Of a stretch of 64,000 nt of DNA, positions 36,657 through 51,600 are shown one piece after another. The notes beneath the pieces are model-generated. The model worked only from the letters and a program-made list of their open reading frames with translations. It was not told where the DNA came from and made no database searches. Numbering within the stretch: position 1 is the stretch's first letter; each line of letters begins with the position of its first letter. This DNA comes from Tubulanus polymorphus (lineage: Eukaryota > Animalia > Nemertea): assembly GCF_964204645.1 (NCBI RefSeq), contig NC_134028.1, positions 26,160,345-26,224,344 on the forward strand, read 5' to 3'. Made by a program: the position numbers and the translations under genes.

Positions 36657-39600
36657 TGAGAGACAACTGGAAGAGTTTGGGCTGAACCGTCCTGTCCCGG
36701 GGCTAATGAACAACACTGACTGACTGACATGTAAGCCAGAATCCGAGAGGATATTTTAGGGTTATATTTATAACCACAGATAGATTATTATTATAACTAT
36801 TAAACCCTTCCATATATGAATATTATTTCTATCACCGCGATGTAGATGATTATTAGCGTTCATAATTTTTAGCTTGGAAAAAAGACGATAAAAATATTCT
36901 TGAGAATTGACGATGAACCCTCGATATTCAGGATAAACCCAATAATAAATTCTTTAACTTTGACCTTTAATCAGGTTTATGACTCATGCGTTTTTAAGAT
37001 AAAACTTGCCACTTAAGTTCACACCGTACAAAGGTTGATTATAAAAGAAATAAAAGAGTTACATAATTTTGGTCTGGAATTTACACAGTTTGTCTGCGGG
37101 GCGTTCACTGCCACTGAAACAGCGTTTGTTTTAACTACCACAAATAAAATTTGTTGTGCCAAAAAGCCGAATGTGCTTCTACTAAAGCTGCTTATCTCAA
37201 TATTGTCATGCGTAATAAACCTCTACATTTTCTTCACAACTTTGTGATAGAAAAATTAATAAATGAATATAATTACTCGTAATGAAATATAAATATTCTG
37301 GTGAGGGATGGTTCGGTACTGAAGGGGCTGTTCATAAAGTAGATAATACACACGCGTGAGGGAAACATTCACCACTTGCTCGTGATCGGTCGTAGAGGGC
37401 TACGAAAATAAGCAGCAAAATAATATTCGTATGTACAGTTTAAGTCCATTATAACAACACTATTATCAGGACCGATAAATATATGGCGTTATAAGTTGTA
37501 ATTTGATTGAGCGAATTTTTTTTCCGGAAAATGTCAGCAGCGAGTTGTGGCAATAAAAATGATGGCAGCGTTGTAAAGAACATTGACTGTACTTGTTGAA
37601 CGGCCCCTAATTGTGATGAGCACCTCTTAGTACGGAAATATTAATTACCGCTATACGATATGCGTTGTATTAATTGATTAACATTTGGATGCAACTGTCA
37701 GGGTTCATAGCAGTCGTTGATGAGGCTATGAACCGTGAAATGTGATAGTAGATTTTTACATAATGACGTGAACATTTTTGATATGATGGATATCGATATT
37801 GTATTAATGAAGTGACTATTGTTGTAATCATGTTCAGAAAATCTCTAAAACGTTTTTTTTTCTCTACGGATCGTGTTGTATTTTAGTATCCGATGATTTG
37901 TGTAATTTTTCAAGACTTAAATTTAAAGTTTCATTGGTTGTGAAAATTGCTGGCAGTGATGATTTTTGATGCTCAAGTTTTCATCGATATTCGCTCTACA
38001 TTCAACACTTGTTCCTCAGCTGTAACTATTTCCAATCACTTTCTGTTATCATTCATATACAGTATATGTTGTACTGGTTATAATATGAATGTAGTGAAGG
38101 TCAGAACTATATTTAACTCTCTCTCCTCTCTCTCTCTCTTTAACATACTGTTATCTCGTTCACTCAGCCCAGAATGAAAATTAGTTATCAGTCAATAGTA
38201 GATAAGCTTATTAAATTATGGCCGAAAGTTTTTGTTTTGAAATAGAAGTTCGGGAACACTCCTCGTCATAGCTATAGCCGTTTCAATTCAATATGGTTCG
38301 TATCCGTTCATTTGAAAGCTTATTGTTCATGAACATATCAGATAGCTGAATTGAGCTGATCTGTTCTGTTGCCCTGGCTGTCTAGCTGCACTGGCCTGGT
38401 CTCTGTACTGATATATCGCACATGTTGCATATGTAATATTAGTCATATATATGTTAAACTCTGTATAATTGGGTATATGTAATCTCTATATTTCATATCC
38501 AGGGTTCATAGTGATTCTGCGAAGGGCTTATTTTTTGAAAGATTTGGTAAAGCCCTTAAAAAGTGCTTGCTTACCATAAAAATTCCAAACAGGGCTTTCA
38601 TTTGGCATTTGGTGCCCCAAATTATTTTTTGGACTGTTATGTGTTATGTACATTGACAAAGGTGGCAGTCTAAAATGATAAGTGTCACTCTTGCCTTGCA
38701 ATCTTCTATGAACCCTTTATACTGATTATATATGCATCGGTCTGGAAACTTGATGAAAATATGAATTAGAATATTTATTGATAATATTGAATAGTTCCTG
38801 ACTTCGAAGTAGGGGTTCATTAGTGGGCGTTCATAAAGTATGCGCACATCCATGGAGGAAGGTGGTAAAAAATAATCCACTTTTTCCTCATAGACGCTGC
38901 TGCTGAAATCAGCTCACGATTGCGTATGTTTACGTTATGAACTGTCCTCTAACGGTTTCTCTCACTCAAGAAAGAAGAAAAACTTTTTTTTAACTTGTGT
39001 GTATTAGATACTTGAGATTTTTTTTCGAAACAATTCCAAATGATTGTGGAGATTGCTGAATTGCGTAGAGATTGTAAATATATTTTAAGAATTTGCATTT
39101 TATAATTAATTTATTTGCATGAGTGATGTTTATTTTTTTTAATATAATATGTAGTCGGTTAATAACACGGTGGACAGCGTCCGATATTTATGGTTTTTCG
39201 TAGATCTAATCTAGTCCGTACGTAATATTATGGTATCTTTTTTTTCGGTTCGTTGTTTCGGAAACTAGCAGGCATTCGAATCGTGAAATTTCTGTTTAGT
39301 ATTTTCTATATAAAGTTCATATTCCACTTGTCATGCTAGAATAAACATGACACTCTACGCCTTGTTTTTTAGGAAAGATTACCGGGGATGTTATAATTGT
39401 AAATTTTGTTTATTTTATGCATACGTCATAAATGAACGATTCTCCGTCTTGTACATGTACATGCACATGTACCATATACATTGTACATGTAATTTCGCTC
39501 TAGTAAAAAGTCCGCTTTAAAACATTTGAATGAAATGATTTTGACTCGGGAGTCGAACTATGGATTCGAGTGATCGATGGTGAAAATAATGTTGAAATGA

Positions 39601-40462
39601 TCGACAGGTCTCTAAATGTGAATATTAGGGCAGGGTTCGTAGCGAGTCTAAATCTGAAAAGTGCTGCGTGCTTTTGTAATGATTAGGGATACGCCCTGAT
39701 TAGAAATTGTTTTGCAGGTAAAACCCTGTAAGTGTTGAATAGACCTTACCATGAAATGTCTGCTGGTTTTTGACCTTATCAATTTTTTTTTTACGCTGCA
39801 TTCGAACACAACACAGATAACGGGGGGGGATTGGTCCTTAAACATGTCACAAACAATATAAAGTGGAGCATTTCGATATGTAACCACTAGATGACACCTA
39901 TTTGAAGTCACGTGTGGAGACTCCACTCAAGTCTAGACATAATAACGACAGATTTGGCTAGCTGTTCGTTCTGTGAACTTTGAATCTTCATTTTTATCAG
40001 TCTTTTAATTCAGAGGCTTTTGAAAAGGCTGATCAATCTTTTAAGAGTTCTTGTTTTGTTTGTGACAAGTGGACTATTGAGACAGTGGCCTCAATTCATG
40101 TGGTGTAGTGGTAAACCTTGACAACTTCCCCTCCCTAGTACAATGTACTTTTACCCGAGAAAGAAAGAATAATGATGTGTTTTAGAATTGTTGAATCGAG
40201 TGATTTTAACCTACCCGATAGAAACATACACCTTTTATAGTCTGATGACAAGACTCCCAGCTTGAACCCAACACGATGTGTAATGTGAGCTTTTTATATA
40301 GGGTAGCTTGTTGTAACGCATGGCTTTTTGCAAGAATAAAAAAAATAATCTCATCAATTATGATGTATATTGTGAATTTGACTCTCGTGTTGTTTTATGA
40401 AATGTGGATTCTGTATATTACCGCCTTTTTGCGGAGAGCAGAACAACTAGATGTGAGAACCT

Positions 40463-40727
40463 TGCAGACAGTCCGAGGTGAGAGGCAGAACCCTGTCCCA
40501 GTGAACCATGCAGACAGTGAGAGGCAGAACCCTGTCCCAGTGAACCGTGCAGACAGTGAGAGGCAGAACCCTGTCCCAGTGAACTGTGCAGACAGTGAGA
40601 GGTAGAACCCTGTCCCAGTGAACTGTGCAGACAGTGAGAGGCAGAACCCTGTCCCAGTGAACTGTGCAGACAGTAAGAGGCAGAACCCTGTCCCAGTGAA
40701 CCGTGCAGACAGTGAGAGGTAGAACCT
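40463..40727. repeat. 39-bp minisatellite, about 6.5 copies
   Basis: (CAGACAGTGAGAGGCAGAACCCTGTCCCAGTGAACYGTG)n. Confidence 0.95.
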
Positions 40728-41582
40728 TGCTAAAATGTCCTAAACTAGAAGAAAATGTCTTATTTGTCTTATCAAAATGTCTTATCTCACATGCCCATTG
40801 CCATCGGGAATCCCTTAAGATATCAAATGCCTATTTCTGTGAGATGATTGTTCGTAGGTTCGACAAACCATTTCGGTATTTTCATGTACGTGGTTATAGA
40901 GATCAGTTTCATGTATTGTTTCCTTTTGAATGACGTTCACGATAGTAAGAGGCGCTTGCTCTTGGCCTGACCTTGGAGTAATTATTTACTTCAAGGCCTG
41001 GCTGATCAACTACAGCTAACAGTATGGTTTCAGTGAAAATTATGACATCCTGCTGAGCCGAGGCCAGGATGAGGTGTTGATGATTTTAATGAGATTATTG
41101 AGGGAAGCTTAGCAGGTCATTTTTCAAACATTTGTCATCATAATTTACAATTTGTCATGGTACTGGTTTTGGAAACTTTCCGACATAGATTGGGAAAAAG
41201 TCAAATAGTTATGATTGGGAAAATGACCGTTAGACGGATAGATATATTATGGCCTAGCGGAATGGCTGGAGATACACTAACTAATCATCTCGATGATTGC
41301 TCGTAGCATACAGCGTCATACAATAGGTATATAATACGAAGTCACGACGATACTGTTAGTTCTGATTCTGAGGCAGCTTACATTCTTATTTCATCTTCCT
41401 AGAGATAGACTATTTACACGAAAAAGCCCCTTTTTGGAATGCATTTGAGGGCCGGGTGGCTAGCCACCCTATTCACCCCCTAGATCCGCCCCTGCAAAGT
41501 TTACTATTCAGGACTTTGCTTCTGCATATAAAAATCAAACCGATAATCAGTGGACGTACCGGTATCAAATTAGCAGGTGGTG

Positions 41583-41584
<2 letters not shown>

Positions 41585-41676
<92 letters not shown>
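41585..41676. repeat. (TA)n microsatellite
   Basis: About 90 bp of uninterrupted AT dinucleotides. Confidence 0.99.
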
Positions 41677-41681
<5 letters not shown>

Positions 41682-42654
41682 CAAAAAATATTACCGGGGA
41701 ATTTCGAAGGGTGCTTTAAATCTAAGACCGTATTGGGCAATACGGCTTCAGTCTGAGTCCACCCCTGATGGCTATAGTGACGATCAAAAAGATTGTTAAT
41801 TTCGCAATTACTCTTCGGCAGCTCAACACTCGCTTCTAATCGGTCGACAAGTGTCAGTGTGTCCGGTATAAAGTGGTGCTGTGAATATAGGGTTGAGAAA
41901 AGAGGTGGATTGCAAGCTAATGAAAACCACTGACTGGTGAACTAACAAAGTTCAGAGAAGCTAATTAACTAAACAAATAAAGACTTTCAAAGAATTATAT
42001 TTACTTTCATACAACAATTATACAAAATGCCAGGCGTGCTCGAGGAATTATAATGGAAGATCCCCAAACACGTGGACTGATGTCAAAAACAATCCAATCA
42101 TGGACGTATAAACTATAAACTAAAGTTTATACGTCGATGGTCAAACCATAGACTATTCTATATAGATTTATTCTATTCTCATGACAAAAATTATACCTCG
42201 CTAAATGACAGGTAGGAATTATCATGTAAGTTCCTTGTTAACAAGTGAACCGTATTTTAAAATCAGCTCAACATAAAAGCATTCAAACTAGAGACAAATC
42301 CTACTGTCTGTCACACCTACTCTCCGTGCGACGTTTTGGTCCGTAATTTCGTTAATAATCGGTTTATCTACCTTTATTATGCATCAATTTGTTCAGCGAG
42401 GAATTTGCATTCAGAAATAAAGTTTTCCCCATATATATTATACCAGATAGAGCCCTAGACACTATTTTATACATCTTTCCCCCAGGAATTCATTAATGCG
42501 ATGGGTAAAAGTAACTTAAACTTAACTTTCAGTATTGCTGAGTTCAGTGTTCTTTTTTCGCCATCTTCTTCATTGTAGTCGCCTTCAGCATCTTCTTCTT
42601 CATCTTGCGAGTCCTGAAATGAAAAAAAAGAGAAGAGCGATGAAAACCTGGTAA

Positions 42655-43344
42655 GGAACAAAACTAATGTTCGAAAGCTTTTCAGCTCTCCGTCGCCTGT
42701 CACATGCCGAGAACACCAGACAATGAGCCAGCCAGGAATATACTGCCCTCTACACGCCCTAACACAGAACGCGAAACCCAGGATGAAGACACCTTACTTT
42801 CACCATTTACCGACAGGGTGTGCCGGGTGACGTCAGTAACTGACATACCTGCAAGATTGTTTGTGACAAAAATAGAGTAGCGCAACTGGATTGCCCGCAC
42901 TAGCACTCAAAGGAAGGCAAGACTTATCCCTGCCCGAAGCAACCCACTGGGAATCAATGAATACTAACACTCAAAGGAAGACAGGGAAATTAATCCCTGC
43001 CCGAAGCAATCCCTTAAAAGGAATCAATGAATGCTAGAACGCAAGGGAAGGCAGAGAAAAATCTTTGCCCGAAGCAATTCCTGAAAAGGAATCAATGAAT
43101 ACCAGTAGACAGTCCAGCTTTACCACTCCATTTTCACCGCAAACAATCCGACAGATCTGCCAGTCATTGACGTCACCTAGCACACTGTTGATAGGTGGGG
43201 AGAGTGAGGCCTCGTCATCTTGGATTTCGTGTTCCATATGAGGGCGTGTAGAGGGCAACCATTTCCTGACCGACTCTTTCTCTGACATCCTCGACACGTG
43301 ACCGGCGAAGGAGAGCCGACGCTTTCAGACATTAGTTTTGTTCC
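42655..43344 (-). ncRNA. Candidate long hairpin RNA: inverted repeat with a structured triple-repeat loop
   Basis: Arms at 42655-42895 and 43108-43344 are reverse complements with about 75% identity. The loop contains three copies of a ~65-nt unit. The inverted repeat is certain; transcription is inferred. Confidence 0.5.
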
Positions 43345-45206
43345 AGCAAACGTTGAAATTCGACAGAGAAATCGGCCCTGAAAAATAAAACGGGTTAGAA
43401 CCTGCAAAAAAGAACGGGTTAATAAACACAGAACAGTGCAGGACAGCACAGAGACGAACAGTAACACATAAAACATAAAGACGTCGTTCCTCAGGAAGCA
43501 GGAACAGGAGCAGGAGCGGGAGCGCAGCGAAAATCGCCAGGAGGAGAAGGTAGCATGTTCACAGTGTGAGTGTGCAGAGGTGAATGGCCTATGCTTGTGT
43601 ACACCGTGGTCAGCCGGTGACGTATTCAATAGCGCGTAGAATGCTATCAACAACTTTGAAAAACCTCAATTGTGTCTCTATTGTTGAATTGAATTTCAAT
43701 TGAGAGCTTATAGAAGGTTCTACTGCCGGGTTGTACGCGCCAGTAGCCAGCTGAACAATATCGTGGAACTTTAAGGCCATATAAAATAAATTACTCGATT
43801 CTCAACAGCTCGTCTCTCGAATTTAGCGCCGCCTGGTTTTTTCAGTCTGTTCCGGTCGTTTTTTATATGCTACACTCTTCGAGCGTCAAGTTGATCGTTC
43901 GTCTGGGGTCCTAATTAGCCTGCTGGGCATGAAAAATGAAACCGAGTTCTATTTAAAGGGTCACAGTCATATAATAAACACAGAATTAAATAAACCTTTT
44001 AAACGGAGCAGTGACTTAGACCCGGACGCCGCCAACACAGACTCCGATACCGCCTAAATTGACAGAGGAATTCAGTCATAGTATTAACTATTCAAAACAA
44101 AAATTAGTCTCAGTTGCGTTTTCATTGCTTTCACGCCCAGTTTACAGTTTCAATTAGTGAAAGATTTCATATGATTACTTCTAAGAATATGGTCACCACT
44201 CTGACAAGACAATTAAACTATCTGATAGTGTCTATCATAATAATTCGGTGGGGTAGGGCTAGCCTGGTTGGTTTAACCTACGATCAAGTATCTAACTATT
44301 GCTTGTAGGTTTAACACGCTTGCTAGAGAGCTGCTGGGTTCGATCTCTGGATGGGCTCGAGTTTTTTTTCTAATAATCCGAATCCCAAGGTATCATCGTA
44401 AGTGATGTGAAAACCTGGTGACCTGCGTGTGGTTAGTTTCACCTAAGAGCAATTATCAAATAGATTAGATAATTGCTCGTAGGTTTCACGATCAAAATCC
44501 CATCCATTCTTTTATAAAAGCTTTTAGCACCATAACGATTAGGTAACTAATGATCTAATATGCTAGACCTGGTAATCCTGCAATCAAGTTGTAAACTCTC
44601 AGACGAGCTCTGATTATCTGGCATCGGGTGATGGTGAAAACACTCTCGACAGTGAAATATATTTTGGCTCATTTCATTCGAGGATTAATGCGATTTCTTT
44701 CCATTAAAACATTACAACACTCCTTTTTTCTTCCCCTTCAAACCGCAACGGTCCTGGGCAAATAGCAATATAGTAATTATACAAAGTATATAATACATAT
44801 CTAAAGTCTGAAGGACAGATCGTATTTCTGTAATTAATTAGCGCAGGAAAAAGTCTTTCTTTTCTCTAGTGCATTTTCCAAACAGGGGATAAGATTTCAA
44901 TGAAGTAAAGTAGGACTGTGTTTAAGTAATATGATACACAGCTGCCATCACTAAAAATGCTGTGGGGGTGCCAGTGCATACATAGAACACCGCTCACTGT
45001 GTAGACAGTGAAAGCGGAGTCTGAGAGCTGCAAAATAGCATCACGTGCTACAGCCCTCCAATCAGCTAGTCCATCTCTAAAACATCAGCAACTGGGGAAG
45101 ATGCCAACACAAGAAAGTTCCTACGAGAAAACTTTCTGAACTATTTTTACGGAGCGGTGCAACAGGAAATTGACGACGGTCCGGCGAGGATCGAATCCAG
45201 GTAAAG

Positions 45207-47225
<2,019 letters not shown>

Positions 47226-48558
47226 GAAATCGGTAGACCGTACCAGAAACCCGTTTACAGAGAGGTCTAGACACTTTCCAGAGTCAGGATGACAAAGATA
47301 TATTGAAGTTATGAGATTTATATTCCCATCAATGAAAAAAAGTGAATCCTCTATAGTTTTCAATACATTTTAGCTTCATTATTTCTATCAACCATACCGT
47401 GTATAATAACCTCTTAGAAACACAAGGTAATTCTTCATAAACTCTGGAAGGCGAAGAACATCCGATCTTCAGTTAAGGGGTTCCCTTATTTAAGAACCGC
47501 TGCAAGTTAATTAAATCTGGTTTTAGGTTTCATAATCCTAAGCAAGTAAGCAAGTCTAAGAAGTTATATTAAACTCTGAAGTTTTCTAATAATTCTTTGT
47601 AGATAAAAAACGTATAGATTATAGATTTTAGTTCCCGAATATCTATCCTTATACTCTATTAAATGAATGTGTATTTGATTTTATAGTGTTGATCCCTTGT
47701 GCCGGGATGGTGTTGGTATTATGCATGCTCAATATATTATGGCGTATAGCTCCATATGTTATAGGTAACAACGTCGTATTATTATTTTCAGTCTATTGTA
47801 TGTAAATTTTTGCTGGTTTCTTCTTTTTAAAATTGACCAATGAGAAATAGATAAATTAATGAGATTATGAAAGACATGTATTTGTGTATATTTGGCAAGT
47901 TATTAATTATACAGTTATTAATTAAAAAAAGCGAACTGAAAGTTCTTCTACTAATTTGTAGCTTTTTGTCGTCGATTCCAAAAATCTCTGAAATCGTTTA
48001 TGATTTTATGAGTTACGAAGAAAATAGTTTTAACACACACACACACACATACAAATAAGTGATCAAAATCGTTTTAATTAAACTGATTCTGTGAAATATA
48101 TATATTTGAATTGGGTTGTATCGGGTGGATGGGAGAAGATAGGGTCTTGAGTGAATGCAATCTGGATTGATGAAATAACTATGAAATACAGTGGTTGTGA
48201 ATTTAATGATCATGAAAGTATTCCAGCGTTTTGCTTTCTGTATATTATAGGTTTTTCCGCTGTGGTTTTTTTTCTGTATATATTTTAGTTTGATGATATA
48301 TGAGTTATAATGATATTATTTGCAGTGAAGGATGTATGAATATGTGTATTTTTAGCTGTTAAGTGTATCGTATCAAGTTCTGCTGCAGTTGCTGCTGTAT
48401 GATGATACAAGCCACTACTGATGCGGTGTATTTGGGTTATCATTCAATTTCAACTGATACATGAATTTATTCAGGGGTTTGTTTTATAGATAGGTATTAT
48501 ATTTAACCTGGTTGGGGATGGGGGTTAACTCAATTGAAAATGAATTGAGTTAGCCCTG

Positions 48559-48665
48559 GGCCCAGTTTCACAAAAAGGTTTAACTCTTAAATCGATTTAT
48601 TTAATTCATTAATTCAGTTTATCTTAAATTGATTTAGGCCTTAATCCTTCTTGTGAAACTGGGCC
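48559..48665. mobile_element. Harbinger-like MITE in the putative ZCCHC24 3'UTR
   Basis: TIRs GGCCCAGTTTCACAA and TTGTGAAACTGGGCC, with flanks CTG and TTG. Confidence 0.7.
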
Positions 48666-51600
48666 TTGGGTAATGAAATTGAGCTTAACCCGAGATAAAG
48701 ATAATACCAGTCTATAAAACTGGCCCCTCACGTATATATCATACATTGAATGTCAAATATTGCCTAAAATGCCTGTATGATGTTTTTCTTGATATGTATT
48801 TGATAGAAGATGAAGGCCGATCGTATTGCAATTTACATATAGTTATTCTTAAATTGTATCCAAGAAAAGTTTATTGTTCATTTTTATATCGAGTGTCTTA
48901 TCAACTGTCTATCACTGAGTGCAGAACAATTGCTAATCTTCCAAAGACCTAATATATGTGTCAGTCTGAGGAAGATTTTGACTCGGGGCATGGCTAAGAC
49001 CAGCGTAAGATGGTAGTTGATTCTATCGCCAATCTAACAACTTGAATTTAAGACTATTTTTGGTCTATAATCACCACTGTACAACTGGGCCCGAACCTTA
49101 AGTGGTGACTGACTCTAGCATTTTCTCTTGGTCTACTTTTTGAATGAGGAACTGATAGATCATCGGCGTGAACCAGGGTTATAATCTCATCTACGGACTG
49201 AATGCTAAGTTCCATATTCAGATCATGAATGTGGATTTGTATACACGATGGGTTTCAGTCCCAAGTTGATGTGGATGGTCATCCACATGTTCATCCATTG
49301 TGCAGATTTGAACTTGTGGGTAGGAATCCCACGTTAGACTGGCTATCGAACAAGGATGGTCATTGTTGTAAACATTTGACAAATGATTACTCCAATGATG
49401 GTCTTACTGCTGTCAAATCTGAGACTCTCGCCCCTGGTCTGGTTTGTCAATATTTGCCTCATAGGATATTCAGCTTTATGTAATTCTGTCACACATCAGG
49501 TTAATTCTGCTTGGTTATCGGTTAGATAATGATTTTCTATAATATGTGTGTATTTTGTAATGATGTAAATATTTAACTTATTAGTTTTAGATTATGTAAT
49601 TGTTTACGTGTTTCCGAGAATGAAACATGTAGAATGAACTGGTTTATTGGTGCTAAGTATGAAATGATATATGATATTTTGTGTGTAGATTCTCAGATAA
49701 TGAATATCCACAATATTTTCTTCATTTAAATATCTGGAATGAACAATAATTTGCAATAAATTATTGACAGCTGGTGTTTTGAAATTTAAGAGCGTAATGT
49801 TAGTTTGTACTTGAAACTATGAATAAACATGAACTAGATGGAAGGCACTTGAGAATATTAAAATCAGCTAAGTTTGTCCCCAGCCTATGAGTTCATACTA
49901 TAATCATTTTGAATGCACATCTGGATCTTAATCTATTATAATAATCAGGGGAAATTCTCTTGAATGAGGTAAAATATTGTGTAATATTTGCTGGATCTAA
50001 AATACATTGTACAAGACAATCAATCATAAGGATATATTATGCAAATAAAGTAAAATTATTACTTCATTATGAAACATGGACTCATTGTTTATATTTGTTT
50101 GGCAGTCACTTTGAGGAAATTGGGTCCCAAATCACCTGATTTACAATTATTTGAGATATCGTAATCAATGATTGGGCATAACTCTATTTAATGTTTTAGG
50201 ACAGGGCAGGTTCTCTAGTCACTCAGTCCATAAACAGGCGAGGGGCTTGATTGTCCTTTTCTAGAATATGGAAAGAGTTTTAATGTCCTGATTTGTTTGT
50301 ATTGGCACGGAGCCAAAACTCACCAGCTGCACAGGTACGTATGATGAATCCAAGAGAGGCAAGTCCATCAGTCAAAGAAGTGCCCTTTGAATATTTCTCT
50401 GGAGAATGTTCAAGAACCCTATTTTCCTTGGCGCTTGCCTATTCAGGGTTTATGAGATACATGTAACTGGCTTTTTAATTTGTCTGGGCCCGGCTGTGAT
50501 CCTTGTGACGGTGGTAACCATTGTTCAAACGAGAATCCTCAATCACCCAACTGTAGAACTAGTGGCTCTAGATTACCTGTTCCTCCTGGGATTTAGAGCA
50601 TGTATTCAAGATGGATCACTGGACTTCATTCTAATCAGATAATGAACGTTATTTTTGGGAATCAGAATATTGGTGGGAACCTGAGCATGTTGATAATAGT
50701 TCATACAAACAGTGGGCCTCCCTTGAGGACATGACATTGATGAAGGGAAGTAACCCAGCTGCAATAGACTGCAATGTTTGTAGTTCCTCATCTATGAAAT
50801 AATCAAATCATAACAAGCCATGTTTTATTGTGAAGAAATGTCATTTATTTGGTCAAATAGGTCGTTGACATGAAAAAACTTTCGTTTTTCTTTAGCGTTT
50901 AAACTCACAGCATTTTGAAGACAATCAGTATTTGTATCATCATCATCAATCATTTAATTATGATCAGTATTTTTTTTATTCAATTTTATACCAAGCTGGA
51001 AATACACAGATATATAGATTAATGTAAACAATAACGAAAGCTGTTGCGTTACAACTATAGAATCATTACACCTTTATATCTACTATACATCATTATTATT
51101 ATCATCATCACTTTCAAAAAGCTAAACATTTAATTCGAAGCCGCGAGTCGGAGTTTACTTCTACTACATTACACTAACGGTTTCTTCATGCAAAGCGGAC
51201 AATCTTGTTCAAAGACCAGAGCTTTTTTTCTCATTAAGAACGGAAGATCATCGCTGTACTATTAATCGTTTTCGTATATTACTATATTTATGATATTATC
51301 AGACAACAGAATTTTCGACAGAATGATTATTTATAAATTCAGAGCTGATCGATGATCTTATCGTATGATAAAATAGATTATATTCAGTGTAACCAGATGG
51401 GAAATGATCTGATCCCGGCACCCTAGTACCAATCGGTGATCCAACTCCCGGTACCCTCCTAGTACCTAATCCTGGCACCCTAGTCTACCCCAGAATACCA
51501 GCCATTATCAACTACCAAAAAACGCTGAAGCTCTAGATGGTGAAAAACATTATTAAAAATACATCTATTTATCATTTCTACATAGAATATGAACCGGCTC

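Noticed and set aside
43034-43653. ORFs over the hairpin locus treated as protein genes
   Set aside because: No domain similarity, and the two arms differ mostly non-synonymously and by a frameshift.
44441-44484. 17-bp stem hairpin (and a 12-bp one at ~42104-42136) as a pre-miRNA
   Set aside because: Too short and matches no miRNA I know. More likely small palindromic repeats.
47868-47890. miR-71-like TGAAAGACATG
   Set aside because: Only the 5' 11 nt match and there is no precursor hairpin.
47226-49830. Pumilio-type elements as ZCCHC24 autoregulation
   Set aside because: I found only two perfect TGTAHATA sites (48275, 49564) in about 2.6 kb of AT-rich sequence, which is not clearly above chance.
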